In this document: positions 1-11,757 of the stretch, in pieces
Numbering within the stretch: position 1 is the stretch's first letter
Layout: every line of letters begins with the position of its first letter
Assembly: GCA_053919585.1 (NCBI GenBank)
Contig: CM132792.1
Length of the DNA: 64,000 bases
Strand: one strand, 5' to 3'
Origin: Euprymna scolopes
Lineage: Eukaryota
Position numbers and translations under genes: made by a program
Notes under the pieces: generated by a model
Database searches by the model: none
What the model was told of the DNA's origin: nothing
The model's input: the letters and a program-made list of their open reading frames with translations, nothing else

Positions 1-483
1 ATATAGCATGTATATGAACAGTTTACGTATATATATAAACGAAGGCTTATGGTAACAAGCATTGATTATACCATTTTGCAAATAAATGCAAATAAATTTA
101 TTTTTTAGTGTATATAGATTTATGGACACCGTGTATTTTAATTTACATATTAACGAAATAATAACTACTATGTGTTTAAATTTCAGAGCCCTTTTACTTT
201 AAGTTCACCGAAACAGCTGATGATCCCGGTTTTCTATTTGATAATTTACGTTTATTTCTTATGCTTCATTTCTTTCGTTCTAATATTGCTCAATTCCGTT
301 TTAATATTCACGCAACTACTAAGTATGCATTATGTTTAACGTAGTGCCCATAGGAATTTAAATTGCACTTTTTATTTTATATTACTTCCATTTTTATTTT
401 TAATAAAATGAACGAAGCTTCTTTAGAACTGTCGACTGTCAACACGACGGTCCTAGGTTCAATCCTTGGCTTGGGAGAGATGC

Positions 484-542
484 TAGTCTAGCGGCACTGA
501 TGAGTTGTGATACAACGAAACAGGACTGTATGTCGATGACTA
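484..542 (+). ncRNA. Type I hammerhead ribozyme, copy 1
   Basis: Core CTGATGA (497-503); stem II GTTGT/ACAAC; GAAA (517-520); stem III ACAG/CTGT; GUA triplet (cut after 530); stem I CGGCA/TGTCG plus distal TAGTC/GACTA. Confidence 0.9.
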
Positions 543-810
543 CAAATATATTTTAAGCCCCCCCCACCTCTTTGGGTAGAGCACTGTCGTAAATAATCTC
601 ACCCGCTACTTAATTGACTGAAAAATGCGAAGCTCGTTGTTTGTTGGTTTCCAAACAGGCGTTTTGAGCACTATAAAAGCAGTGGCGGATGTCTATTTAA
701 ATAGACATTCCGACGAGTTATTTGCGGGCGTCGCTTCTGTGGTCGAGTGGGAGAACTGCCGACTGTCAACACGACGGTTCAAGGTTCAATCGTTGGCTTT
801 GGCGAGATGT

Positions 811-868
811 TAGTCTAGCGGCACTGATGAGTTGTGATACAACGAAACAGGACTGTATGTCGATGACT

Positions 869-869
<1 letters not shown>
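811..869 (+). ncRNA. Type I hammerhead ribozyme, copy 2
   Basis: Identical to copy 1: CTGATGA 824-830, predicted cut after A857. Confidence 0.9.
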
Positions 870-924
<55 letters not shown>

Positions 925-1039
925 CTACTTCATTTAATCACATCAAATAATATACGAATGTATAATTTATGCGTAAACTAAGTATTTACTTCATCAGTGC
1001 TCAATAGATAGGTAGAGCTAGGTAGTAAGTTAGAAGAAT

Positions 1040-1368
1040 ATATATGGCAATTAAGCTACATAGAATATTCCGCGTTTCATGCACACTAGGATTCCTCAGG
1101 TTTATGCGAAGAGTTATTGTAATCTCGCGGTTTTATATACGCATATTCTATTGGATTTTTAGTTAGCCAATCAGTTTCCTAGTTTCCACCGCTCCCTTCC
1201 TAATCAGCCAATGGGCAGGCACTTACAGAAAAAAGGTAAAGTTGACTTTATGTTTCACCCTTCCTTTGTGTGTGCTTTTTTAGCAGGGAGTGTAGATATC
1301 TAGTGAGTTGACCTATTTTAAACCTATATGTAGTTAAATGTGTTTTTTGGTTTTTTTTAGTATTATGT

Positions 1369-1447
<79 letters not shown>

Positions 1448-1615
1448 CATAAGATAATTTATGCATATGTATGTTTATTTTATTTATTTAGTTTCTATTG
1501 TTATTGTTAATTTAAAAATTATTTTGTATCGCTATCCTAGAGTAAAGTTTTTCCTGTGAACACAGTTATTCGCTATTTCTCTCCTACAGTTTAATAGCTG
1601 TTGTGGTTCTTTAAT
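1040..1615 (-). mobile_element. Penelope-like element 3' end with degenerate hammerhead (1052-1104)
   Basis: Homologous to 48900-49395. Minus strand reads LLNCRREIANNCVH, resembling the PLE C-terminal LLNxRxE..C.H motif, then CTGAGGA...GAAA...GTA with mismatched stems. Confidence 0.65.
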
Positions 1616-1639
1616 GTATAGGATAACAATTTTTTTTAC

Positions 1640-2295
1640 TCAGTGAAGACTAGAAAGAAAGACGTTGTCATGACAACAGGGAGATGGTGGAGTTATTCAA
1701 TTCAAATCCCGCAGTTCTTGATGATCTGGTGACCTGCGATGAAAGCTGGATCTACTGCCACGCCTTAGAAACCAAGAAACCGGGTTCCCAGAAGGCCAGA
1801 CAGAGCGAATCTACCCAGAAATTTATGATGAACTTTTTGACAGCACCGGCATTCACTGGGTTTCCACTGGACAAATAGTCAACAAGGAATATTGTTATGT
1901 TGAGAAGAAGTTCCGTCGGAAGAGGCAAGCACTCTTCAAATTTGGTTAGTGGCATTTCCACCAGGACAATGCACCACTCCACCTCTATATCCTTGTCACA
2001 GACTATTTGACCAAGGTGAGCAACAAGACAGTTCCACAATCTCCCTATATCCTAGACCTTGTTCCTTGTGAATTCTGGTTATTCTCTAAGCTCAAAGAAA
2101 ACCTTAGAGGTTGTTGTTATGAGAGAACTTGGGAAATGAAACAGGCTGTGACGAGGGCCATTGACCCGCTCAAACAAGAGGATTTCTACGCGGCCTTCTA
2201 GAAGTTGTATGAACGCTAACATTGCATTGCAGCTGGAAGAGATTACTTCGAAGTTTCATGTGTGTACTATCAATAAAAGTGTCCATACGAAAAAA
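1640..2295 (+). mobile_element. Decayed mariner (DD34D-type) transposase fragment
   Basis: Frameshifted motifs LVTCDESWIY, FHQDNAPLH and PQSPYILDLVPCEFWLF. Confidence 0.85.
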
Positions 2296-2729
2296 CATCA
2301 TTAATAGTATTTGACATTTATTTCCTGGTACTTCCGCCACGGTATATAAGTATTCTTCAAACTACGTTTATCTTCTATATTTTTATCCTTTCGCCCGCTT
2401 CTTTTATGTCATCCTTTATTCTTTATTTTACTTGTATAGATTGACACAAGTAACTCTCATTAGACCCTAATTAGTTAATTCATTAATTACTCAATGAGAT
2501 CCCATAACATATAGTAACTACTCCCTAAAGCGTATTCCATTCTCTATCACCTAATATTACTAAAGCCCCTTTCTAACATATTTAAACTACCACAATTATC
2601 TAATAATCACCTTGATAATCCCCTAAACAATCTTCTCTCCCCATCCATTGTACAAAACCTATACAAGATCCTTTAACATGCCTATTGCTAGACGTCGGAT
2701 CTTTATTTTGTTACCTAGCGCCTCTCTTT

Positions 2730-2776
2730 CTCTTCTGATGAGAAGCATTAAGCTTCGAAAGGCCTAGCATTAAGAG
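2730..2776 (+). ncRNA. Minimal type I hammerhead-like motif (degenerate stem III)
   Basis: CTCTT-CTGATGA-GAAGC(ATTAA)GCTTC-GAAA-GGCCTAGCATT-AAGAG. Stems I and II are perfect; stem III is imperfect. Confidence 0.6.
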
Positions 2777-3009
2777 TATTCATAACCTTTACACACTCTA
2801 TTATACTTTTTTGTTTCAAATTGATTAATCAGTCTATATACAACAGTGTATATTTTTCTATTATCAATATATTTTCTTACNNNNNNNNNNNNNNNNNNNN
2901 NNNNNNNNNNNNNNNNNNNNNNNNNNNNNNNNNNNNNNNNNNNNNNNNNNNNNNNNNNNNNNNNNNNNNNNNNNNNNNNNNNNNNNNNNNNNNNNNNNNN
3001 NNNNNNNNN

Positions 3010-3235
3010 CGGCACTCACCTTTAGTGATTTGAACCGTCTTCCTCTGTCACATGTATATCCACATCAGAGGAGATGACCCTACGTTTTTGCAGGTCTTCA
3101 AAGAAACTAACGATGTCTTATTACATATAGCGCCTCTTATTCCAAATTGGTCACTCATCTGCTATTAATTAGCTCAACGTTGCTTAACTTCATTTATCCA
3201 AAGAGAACAGGTGTGTCAACGTGATTATGCTGCGC
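3010..3235 (-). mobile_element. 5S rRNA-derived SINE (SINE3), decayed
   Basis: Reverse complement of 3130-3235 matches the 5S-like head GCATAATCACGTTGACACACC...GAAGTTAAGCAACG. Confidence 0.75.
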
Positions 3236-3470
3236 GTCTACGTGTGTGTATTCTATGATTTATAATGGCACTAAAAGAAAGTGTTTACAATTGATTTCAC
3301 GCATATTTTACGTGCGTTTCAAATGAAATTTTTAACAAATTTCCAACGTGAAGCAAAGAGTCCACTAAATTTTTCCTCTCAGAAAAAAAACACGTTGAGT
3401 CAATTTGCTATGTAATAAAAAACAGAAAAATTATTTTAGCTTCAACGAAATAAACCGAATTAGAACACCA

Positions 3471-3744
3471 TATTATAACAGAGCGCGGAGGCGCGGAGGC
3501 GAATGCATAAGAGATGCGAAATGACGTCACTGTAAAGAAAAAAACTATTAAAAGAAGAGAGAACCCGATAGATGTCAGTCACGTAAGACATCACAGACTT
3601 AAAGGGGTGTCAAGCGTGGCGGAAGTACCAGGAAATAAATGTCGTTGCTACAAAAGAAAAGTGAGTCGGGTTATTTCTTGTCTTCTGTTCCTTGCGGCTT
3701 ACTCTGCTACAACGTGTGGGTCCCGTGTGTACTTCGTTAGAACA
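3471..3744 (+). mobile_element. Probable solo LTR
   Basis: TATTATAAC...GTTAGAACA imperfect inverted ends, internal AATAAA; 3631-3677 is homologous in inverted orientation to 15900-15946. No TSD seen. Confidence 0.45.
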
Positions 3745-3940
3745 TAAATAATTCATTTGAGAAGAAAATATCATATATTAGAAGAACAAATTTATGGTAT
3801 TCCATTGTTTTGAAAAACTCCGCTATAAACATTTATTACGTAATATTAAGTGCTTTTATTTGGCTTGATTGGTAGAGTTAATCCTTAAGAGAATTTTATT
3901 ATTAGGATTTCACTGTTATTAGATAAACTTCGTAATATAA

Positions 3941-3941
3941 C

Positions 3942-4033
<92 letters not shown>

Positions 4034-4756
4034 GCTGAATGTGTGTGTGTGTCTGGTCACGAATAGGCTCCTATATTGTTGACTATTTAAAGAAACTGAT
4101 TGCATATAATGATAGAAGATGTATCGAGACACATGAATGGGTATGTTTGATCTGGCAGAACGGTAGTTCATTAAAATTGTGGGGCCTGCGTTCGCGCCTG
4201 GTGCCCCAAGTGTGGAAATGAAAAAAATTTTAAATTAAAAAAAGAAAACGTTTACAAGTTTTTTTTTTATATCGATATACATAAGAATATTTTGATAAGT
4301 ATGTTTTAACTTAAATAGGGATGGTATAATAAAATTGTGGGGTCTGCGTTCGCGCCTGGCCTTCATAGAATGGAAATAGGCATCAACATTAATAAAGATT
4401 TTTCATATCTATCTTCGTAAGTATACTTTGATAATTATGTTTCAGTTTGAAGAAATATGGTATAATAAAATTATGGGGTGTTCGTTCGCACCTGACCTCC
4501 ATAGAATGGAAATATGTCACAAAGTTTAACAAGGTGTTTTAATATAGATCCACAGAATATTGTGATAGGTGTTTCAGTGTGAACAGGTATGGTATAATAA
4601 ATTATGGGGTTTATCTATTTTATGCTTACTTTCATCATATTTTGCTTTGGTTTTGATACCCCCAAATTTACAACCCTTCCTTTTCATAACCTATGAATCA
4701 GAGTCCATTTTCTGTTGTGTGTTTTTGAACCCAGTCAACGACGGGTACTTTTGCTA

Positions 4757-4757
<1 letters not shown>
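3941..4757 (+). mobile_element. Non-autonomous Helitron with ~120-bp internal repeats
   Basis: 3' hairpin ACCCAGTCAACGACGGGT followed by CTAG|T (4754-4757); same family as 28316-30262. Confidence 0.75.
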
Positions 4758-4823
<66 letters not shown>

Positions 4824-4828
<5 letters not shown>

Positions 4829-5110
4829 GGCATAATCACGTTGAAACACCGGTTCTCGTCAGATCACCGAAGTTAAGCAACGTTGATCCCGGTTAGTATC
4901 AGATGGGTTACCATTTGGGAATGCTAGGCGCTGTATGTACTCTCCGCTTATCTCGGACTTTGTTTTCAGTCGTCCTTTTCTTCACTGGTATTTAACAATG
5001 TCGTCTCAGGAGACGTGTGGTTGGAGATTGCGCACCTCCTGCCACAAAAAATTCACGCGCAAGTAACCCTTCCTGGGTATCCATAGTCTATCCAAGACTA
5101 AAGGAGCCTG
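4824..5110 (+). mobile_element. 5S rRNA-derived SINE (SINE3), head plus body
   Basis: 5S-like ~110-nt head (GATCACCGAAGTTAAGCAACG...) followed by a body homologous to 25670-25835; flanked by (TA)n. Confidence 0.85.
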
Positions 5111-5187
<77 letters not shown>

Positions 5188-5190
<3 letters not shown>

Positions 5191-6569
5191 GATGTCCAAT
5201 AGAAGCTGAGGGATTTTAAATTTGAGTAACTTCCTTAATATTTAAGTTATGCTTACCAATTTTCATATGTAGGTAGATGAGCCTCTCCGTTAATTTTTAA
5301 GATATACTATTATAATTTTATTTACACAACTTAATCTAGAGTATGTTTTTCACAAAGTCTAATTTTAGTTATGAAAAATGATGTCACTCAAATGTCCACC
5401 ATTTTCATTTTCATTTTCATTTTCATTTTCACACTCTTGTGCTCTCTGCAGGGTATTGCCCAGCACATCACTTAATATTTCAGGGCTTATGACCCTAATT
5501 TCCTCCTTTATATTGTTTTTAAGGGCATTTATTGTGGCTGCTTTGTTTGCGAATACGCCCTCTTTAAGGTAACCCCAAAGGAAGAAATCTGCACATGTGA
5601 GATCTGACGAGCGGGGTGGCAAATTTATCTCACAGCCACGAGAAATTATTCGGTTGCTGAATATGTCCTGGAGCAGATTTAATGTTTCTCGTGCCGTATG
5701 CGCCATTGCACCGTCCTGCTGGAACGACATTGGTGGTTGTTTTATACCCAATGTCGAACAAAATGTTCAAGCATCTGGCGGTACCGAGCTCCTGTCAGTT
5801 ACATTCTCTCATTCTTCATTTCCAAAAAAGAAAGATCCGATTACTTCATTCGCCGTTACTCCACACCATACTGTACATTTTTTAGGGTGTAATTGCCGTT
5901 GTGCTGTTGTGTGGGGATTTCCCCAGCCCTCAAATCCTGCAATTTTGCTTATTTATGAACCCATTCAGATGAAAATAGGCCTCATCGGACATAATGAGGT
6001 TTTTGAGAAAGTTTGGATCCCCATTGGCCAAATCTTTGAATTGCATGGCGTTATCCAGCCTTTTTCCCGGATCGTTTGGCTGAAGCTCTTGCCCCAATTG
6101 AATTTTATATAGAAATTTGCCCTCTCCATGAAGCATTCTGTGAAGAGATGATCGAGAGACCCCAATCTGACTTGATCTCCTTCTTTACTGATGTGAATGG
6201 ATCTTCGGCCACACTCTCTGCTAATCTCTGACAATTCTCATCACTTCTTACCCTACGGGGTCTACCAGGTTTAGGGAGGTCACATACAGAGCCTTGCTCA
6301 TGAAATCGAGCCACCATAGCTTTTATTGCATTGCGAGTAGGGGAATTTCTTGTGCTGAAGTTTCGTCGAAATTCTCTTTGAGTTTCTGACATTGACTCAT
6401 TCAACCGAAAATACGACTCTACGATAAATATCCGCTCCTCGGTAGTGTAACGACTCCTGATGACTTGGGAAGGATTATTCTAGTTGATCTGAACAAATAA
6501 AAGAAAAATATAAAAAATTTTAAAAGGTTATGAATTTTTTTAACCATCAGCTTCTTTTGGGACAGTCTG
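5188..6569 (-). mobile_element. Full-length but defective Tc1/mariner DD41D (rosa/Visitor-type) transposon
   Basis: TIRs CAGGATGTCCAATAGAAGCTGA / TCAGCTTCTTTTGGGACAGTCTG with TA TSDs. Frameshifted transposase (MSDEAYF, QQDGAMAH, PPRSSDLTCAD) has 41 residues between the 2nd and 3rd catalytic D. Confidence 0.9.
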
Positions 6570-7208
6570 TATATAGTTCACGTATCAGAACAAAACAAAT
6601 GTAAGATGCGGCGATATTGTAAGATTTTTTAACCAAAACATTCGAGTAATCGTCAAAAAAAAATTCAAATACTTTAGTAAAATAGAGTTACCTCCCATAG
6701 AACATGAGTTAAGATTCCGAATTGCCGAAACCTGTAAATATTAGACTAATTCAACATCAAAAGAAAACAACTAATTACTCATTTTCTGTTTTATGTAGTA
6801 GAAAAGGTAATCGTGTCAGTACAAATAACCATTAGAAGAAACGTTATGCATAACGACTTTTGTAATTATAAAACATTCAGAAGAAGAAAGGTTAGGAAAG
6901 TTACTCATCATCATCATCATCATCATCAAGATTTATAGTAGCAGAATTAATAGCACTATAATAAGAAAATAGACAGAGAAGGTAACGGTAGTAATAATAT
7001 TATTAAAAATAATAATAAAAAGAGAAAGAAAGAAGAAAAACTAATAATAGAAAATGAATAGGAACAAAAAGAGAAAAACGAAATAAAATAAGAAAAAGAA
7101 AAGGCAACAACAAAATGTAGTACTCGTAGTTTTACTACTACTACTACTACTACTCATAGTAGTAGCAATAGTAATATTACTAAGAGTAGTAGTAGTGATA
7201 AGTGGAGA

Positions 7209-7498
7209 TTGATTGATTGATTGATTGATTGTTTTTTGTTTTACGGCATATCAACCCTTTCTAGGTCATTTAATGCCGAATCCAGTGATTTTGAAGAAAA
7301 AGTTTTTAATAGAATATTTGATTTTTTTTTTTTTCAAAAAAGTTTCTATTTAACCCATAGTTGGGACCCTAACAGGTACTACCTCTCTGGGTCAGAATGG
7401 ACCTGGGAGCAATGGCAATTAAGGGGTGGCTCCACATTCCCCAAAGCCCACAAGCTGGGGCCTCACCATCGGATATAGTTTAAGGTCATATCCAGGAC
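7209..7498. repeat. Dispersed SINE-like repeat
   Basis: TTTACGGCATATCAACCC...TTTAATGCCGAATC also occurs inverted at ~10660-10720. The GGACCCTAACAGGTACTACC...TCATATCCAGGAC segment resembles an abundant octopus repeat (from memory, unverified). Confidence 0.5.
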
Positions 7499-7566
7499 GG
7501 ATAAGTGGAGAAGGAGTACGAAAGAACTGAAGACGAACGAAATAAAGAATAAGAAGAATTAGAAGG

Positions 7567-7627
<61 letters not shown>

Positions 7628-9203
7628 GATGATAATAATTATAATAATAATAATAACTAGCAGGACCCGTGGAAATTCCACGGTAGTTAAAATCTTTTAA
7701 AACACATCAGTAAGAAATTCCTTATAAAAATGAACGTATGGAAGCAAGTAGAACAAACAAAGAATTTTAGTTTAAACTTTTATTGAAGGTCAATGCAATC
7801 GTAACTGATGCTGTTGATATTGTCAGTAAGTGCTGGTGATGATTGAGGCGGTGACAGGGACGTCGATCAGCTGCTTGGCGTGAGAATAGTGGTCACTCAG
7901 CAGGTTCTTGGGAGTCAGATTGTGAATTTAAAAAACTGTGTGACATTGTTGACATCGATTTTGTGCAAGTTCTGATGACCCCAAGTTATTTAATATTTCA
8001 GGACATTTTGGATTACATGTGTAAGTAATGAATAGGTCACAGAAAACTGCCATTGCATCTTGATAAAGCTGTTGTAGATTCCTAGGACTTCCTGTAAGTG
8101 TAGATGGTAGAATAACTGGTACACCAGGATAACCATCTTCATTCCTTGCTAAATGATCCATTAAGCCAGAATATTGAGCAGCTCTTAGTTGACTTTGATG
8201 GCTTTTAATGAAGTTAAATAAGCAACTGTCAACTTTTACATATCCGATAGACTTTTCTATTTATTTTGAATTTTATTCAATGAAGATTTGGAAATTCACA
8301 AATATTTTTAAGTCGAATTATTGATATAGATTTCAATTAATGCATCACAACTTCCTGATAATATAAATAGAACACTTTGAATTTTCTGTACAAAAGTTGT
8401 TTTTTTTCCATAAAAACATTGTAATCTGTTATAATATTCAGATTCTTGTGTATTACATGCATAGAAAATGAAGTGTTTCTGTAAATCTTACGAAGTACAG
8501 TTAACTTTTGATTTTTCGATAATCAAAATGATGTGAGGTAGGTTATACCTATCAAATTTATTGTCAATGTTATATAGTTAAGTAAGCTGGCTAATTGGCT
8601 ATAAAGTAAGTTATTCCGAACTTTGATCTAACATTTTAATTAAAAAAAAAAGCTTAACATTTTCTTGTATCTTTTTTTTATATTAAGAAAAATGTAAGCA
8701 TCATGCTGAAATAATAAAATGCCATTCTTAATAAGGGGAGAGGGTTTGACTATTCTAAACCTTCACCTAAATAACGATTTAACGAAAAACATGTTTAAAA
8801 TGTTCTTGTATCTTTTTATAATTTTTGTTAAATAAGAAAAATCAATAAACTTTGATAACACTATTGTAAGAATCATGCTGAAAGCCATTCTTAATATGAG
8901 GAGGGGGGTTAACTATTCTGAAACTTCACCTAACAATGTAAAAAAAATAAGGGAAAATATATGTATGAACAATAAATATTTCTTCAGTTAAATAAAATAT
9001 ACTGTAAATCTTTAAATAAGGAATAAATATTTATTTAAACCATAATTATTGAAACAAAGTATTTTACTGCATGAAAAAACGGTTATGGGGAGAAGAGTTA
9101 ACTATTTTGAACCTTCACCTAAATAGCGATTTAATGAAAAAAAAAATTAATGGTCTTGTATCTTTTTTGTATAATTTGTTTTAAAATAAGAAAAAAAATA
9201 AAG

Positions 9204-10328
9204 GGTAAATATCCAGATACGCTACTACAGAACACCGACCACGCTAATTTGTTGTTTTTTTTTTTTATAGGTAATTGAGGTCGCTGACAACGAATCTGAT
9301 AGTCAAACTTAGGGCAAATTTACCGTTTGCATGGGATTTACCCCTGAACCCACGAACTACTTTCCACCATTTTGCAGCTTCTGTTTATGCTACGCGCATG
9401 CACGTTGTAGCATAAATGACGGCTTCACCAAGCAAACTACGTTGGGGGTAGGGGATTTTTTTTTCCAGGACATAGAATTTTCTAATTTTCAAAAATACAT
9501 TATAGCACTTTTTTGGTGGAAAATTTAAAATTAACTGAAAAAGAAATAAAACAAGAAAAGGGAAGCACTCCAAGTTGGAGTAGGGGGGGTAATTTATCTG
9601 TTTTTGTTTTTTTTTACCTAGAACATAGAATTTTCAAATTTACAAAAAGTAACGCACCGACACTTACCAATTAGAACACCATTTAACATTTTCCGAAGAT
9701 TTTACTGTGTACATTGGCACGCGCGCCCCAAAATCACATCCGCCCCCACTCGCTCGCGCCCCCAATGTACACAGTAAAATCTTCGGAAAATATTAAATGG
9801 TGTTCTAATTGGTAAATGTCGATGCGTTACTTACGGAAAAACGTTTAACTAAACTGCAAAAGCACCTATTAAGCCACATAAGTTCTATAATTGAATCCCC
9901 CTCCCCCCCCCGCAAAAAAAAAAGAATGAAAAACATAAAGATGTTTGGTGCTCATGTTTTTGTAAACCACATTAAAAACTACGCGAGACAAAAAAAAAAA
10001 AAAAAAAAGTCCCTCAATTTGTTGTACTTTTCTATAACTGTAAGTCATTAAAAAAATGTCAGTCCGTAATTTTTTGATTGGTACGCCATGTGAGAAGGCA
10101 GTTTGCTAGGTGAAGCAAGCCGTCGTTCATGCTGCAGCGCACGCGCGTAGCGTAAACGGAAGCTGCAAAATGGTGGAAAGTTATTCGTGGGTTCGGGGGT
10201 TAATACCATGCAAACGGTAAATTTGCCCCAAGTTTGACTATCAGATTCGTTGTCAGCGACCTCAATTACCCATAAAAAAACAAATTAGAGTGGTCGGTGT
10301 TCTGTAGTAGCGTATCTGGATATTTACC
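9204..10328. mobile_element. Non-autonomous DNA transposon with ~240-bp TIRs
   Basis: GGTAAATATCCAGATACGCTACTACAG... (9204-9440) is the reverse complement of ~10100-10328; superfamily undetermined. Confidence 0.85.
9647..9832. mobile_element. Hairpin MITE nested in the TIR element
   Basis: ~70-bp near-perfect inverted arms AAGTAACGCACCGAC...GTCGATGCGTTACTT around a GC-rich loop. Confidence 0.8.
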
Positions 10329-11485
10329 AAAAACTTTGATACCGCTATTGTAAGAATCATGCTGAAAGCCATTCTTAATATGGGGAGGGGGTTAACTATT
10401 CTGAAACTTCACCTAACAATGTAATAAAAATAATGGAAAAATTCTTCAGTTAAATAAAATATACTGAAAATCTTTAAATAGGAAATAAATATTTCTTTAA
10501 ATAAATTAAATCGTAAGTAATGAAACACTGTTTTATTTCATATTAAAAAAAAAATTGTTGTGCCGGTGGGCATTAGAAGATGAATGCCTGTAAAAGAAGC
10601 AAAATAAAATGAACAAATAACTATGTAAACAACGTGAAGCTGTATAAATGTTACAAAATTACTCGATTCGGCATTAAATAACACGAAAAGGGATTGATAT
10701 GCCGTAAAACAAAAACAAAACAGAACAAGACGTAAAATATGTTTTGACTCTGTATTTGCGAATGGTGACTTTGGTGATTTATTTAATAAAGTCATTCTTG
10801 ACTTTTGTAACATGTATTTCTAAACATATTTTTTGTTGTGTAAATAAAAAGTAAATAAAAAAAACATAAAGTGGCACAGCAAAAAAAAAACGAACTCGTA
10901 ACGTTAAATATAAAAAATATATTTATTACTGAATAAAATAGAATAAACGTTCCTACAATAATAAACAGAAGACATCGTTAAAAATGTAAGTAAAATACTA
11001 TACTATTTAAACTGTGGAACGATACCTTCTATGCATAATTGCCTTTAAAATAATCCGGAACCATAAATAGACAGTTATTATTATTTTTTTTTTTTTTGTT
11101 CGGGAACTTTTGGGAAATAAAAGGGGTTACTTATTTTAAACTGATAAAGATTGAACAATAAAGGGAGATAATTCACATTAATTAATGTTTGCGATGATGA
11201 TGATGACGCGTTTCATTAATTAATGTTTGCGATGATGATGACGTGACACCGTACGTACANNNNNNNNNNNNNNNNNNNNNNNNNNNNNNNNNNNNNNNNN
11301 NNNNNNNNNNNNNNNNNNNNNNNNNNNNNNNNNNNNNNNNNNNNNNNNNNNNNNNNNNNNNNNNNNNNNNNNNNNNNNNNNNNNNNNNNAAAACAGGAAA
11401 AAGTTATAGCCCGTTGCTTTAAGACGAGTGCTTTATGTTAAATTAATGGTTGAATATGGTTAAATTTGGGCTCATTTTGATATTG

Positions 11486-11522
<37 letters not shown>

Positions 11523-11726
11523 TAATAATGAATTCCTATTCATCTCAGATTGTGTGTCAAAACGAAACCATAATACTTAGTTAGCTGTACATTACCACAC
11601 AAAAGATCCATACAAAATTTCAACCACAACACCTCAGTAGTTTCCGAAAAAGTGGGAAGGACAGTCAGAGTAAAATAAATATACTACTACTACTACTACT
11701 ACTACTATTAATAATAATAATAATAA

Positions 11727-11757
<31 letters not shown>

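Larger units (their letters stand above)
425..872 (+). mobile_element. tRNA-headed hammerhead element (retrozyme/SINE-like), ~1.4 tandem units, 327-bp period
   Basis: 425-550 is nearly identical to 752-877. Full head 731-806 has A box TGGTCGAGTGG (740-750), a CTGTCAA anticodon-like loop (Asp-GTC-like) and B box GGTTCAATC (783-791). Each copy ends in a hammerhead. Confidence 0.85.
7657..11486 (-). mobile_element. Internally deleted Helitron with Rep fragment and nested insertions
   Basis: Minus-strand 3' end: hairpin CCGTGGAA/TTCCACGG plus CTAG at 7657-7660. Probable 5' TC at 11486-11485. Inserted at A|T in (TAA)n. ORF 7928-8161 has Rep motifs ILPSTLTGSPRNLQQLYQDAMA and DLFITYTCNPK; ~190-bp tandem repeats inside. 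Confidence 0.8.

Noticed and set aside
205-232. GAAACAG-CTGATGA hammerhead-like words
   Set aside because: The core halves are only 3 nt apart in this order, leaving no room for stems I and III.
598-616. CTCACCCGCTACTTAA resembling an snRNA PSE
   Set aside because: Spacing to either TATA-like tract (55 bp or more) does not fit U6-type promoters, and it is not seen in the other spacers.
731-806. Functional tRNA-Asp gene
   Set aside because: Acceptor and anticodon stems are imperfect and the sequence is embedded in a repeat; treated as a SINE-type head.
4824-4935. Functional 5S rRNA genes (also 25557, 26528, 3130, 49585)
   Set aside because: Copies are mutually divergent, dispersed, lack a T-run terminator and continue into SINE bodies.
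7527-7550. CTGAAGA..GAAA
   Set aside because: No stems; purine-rich low-complexity sequence.
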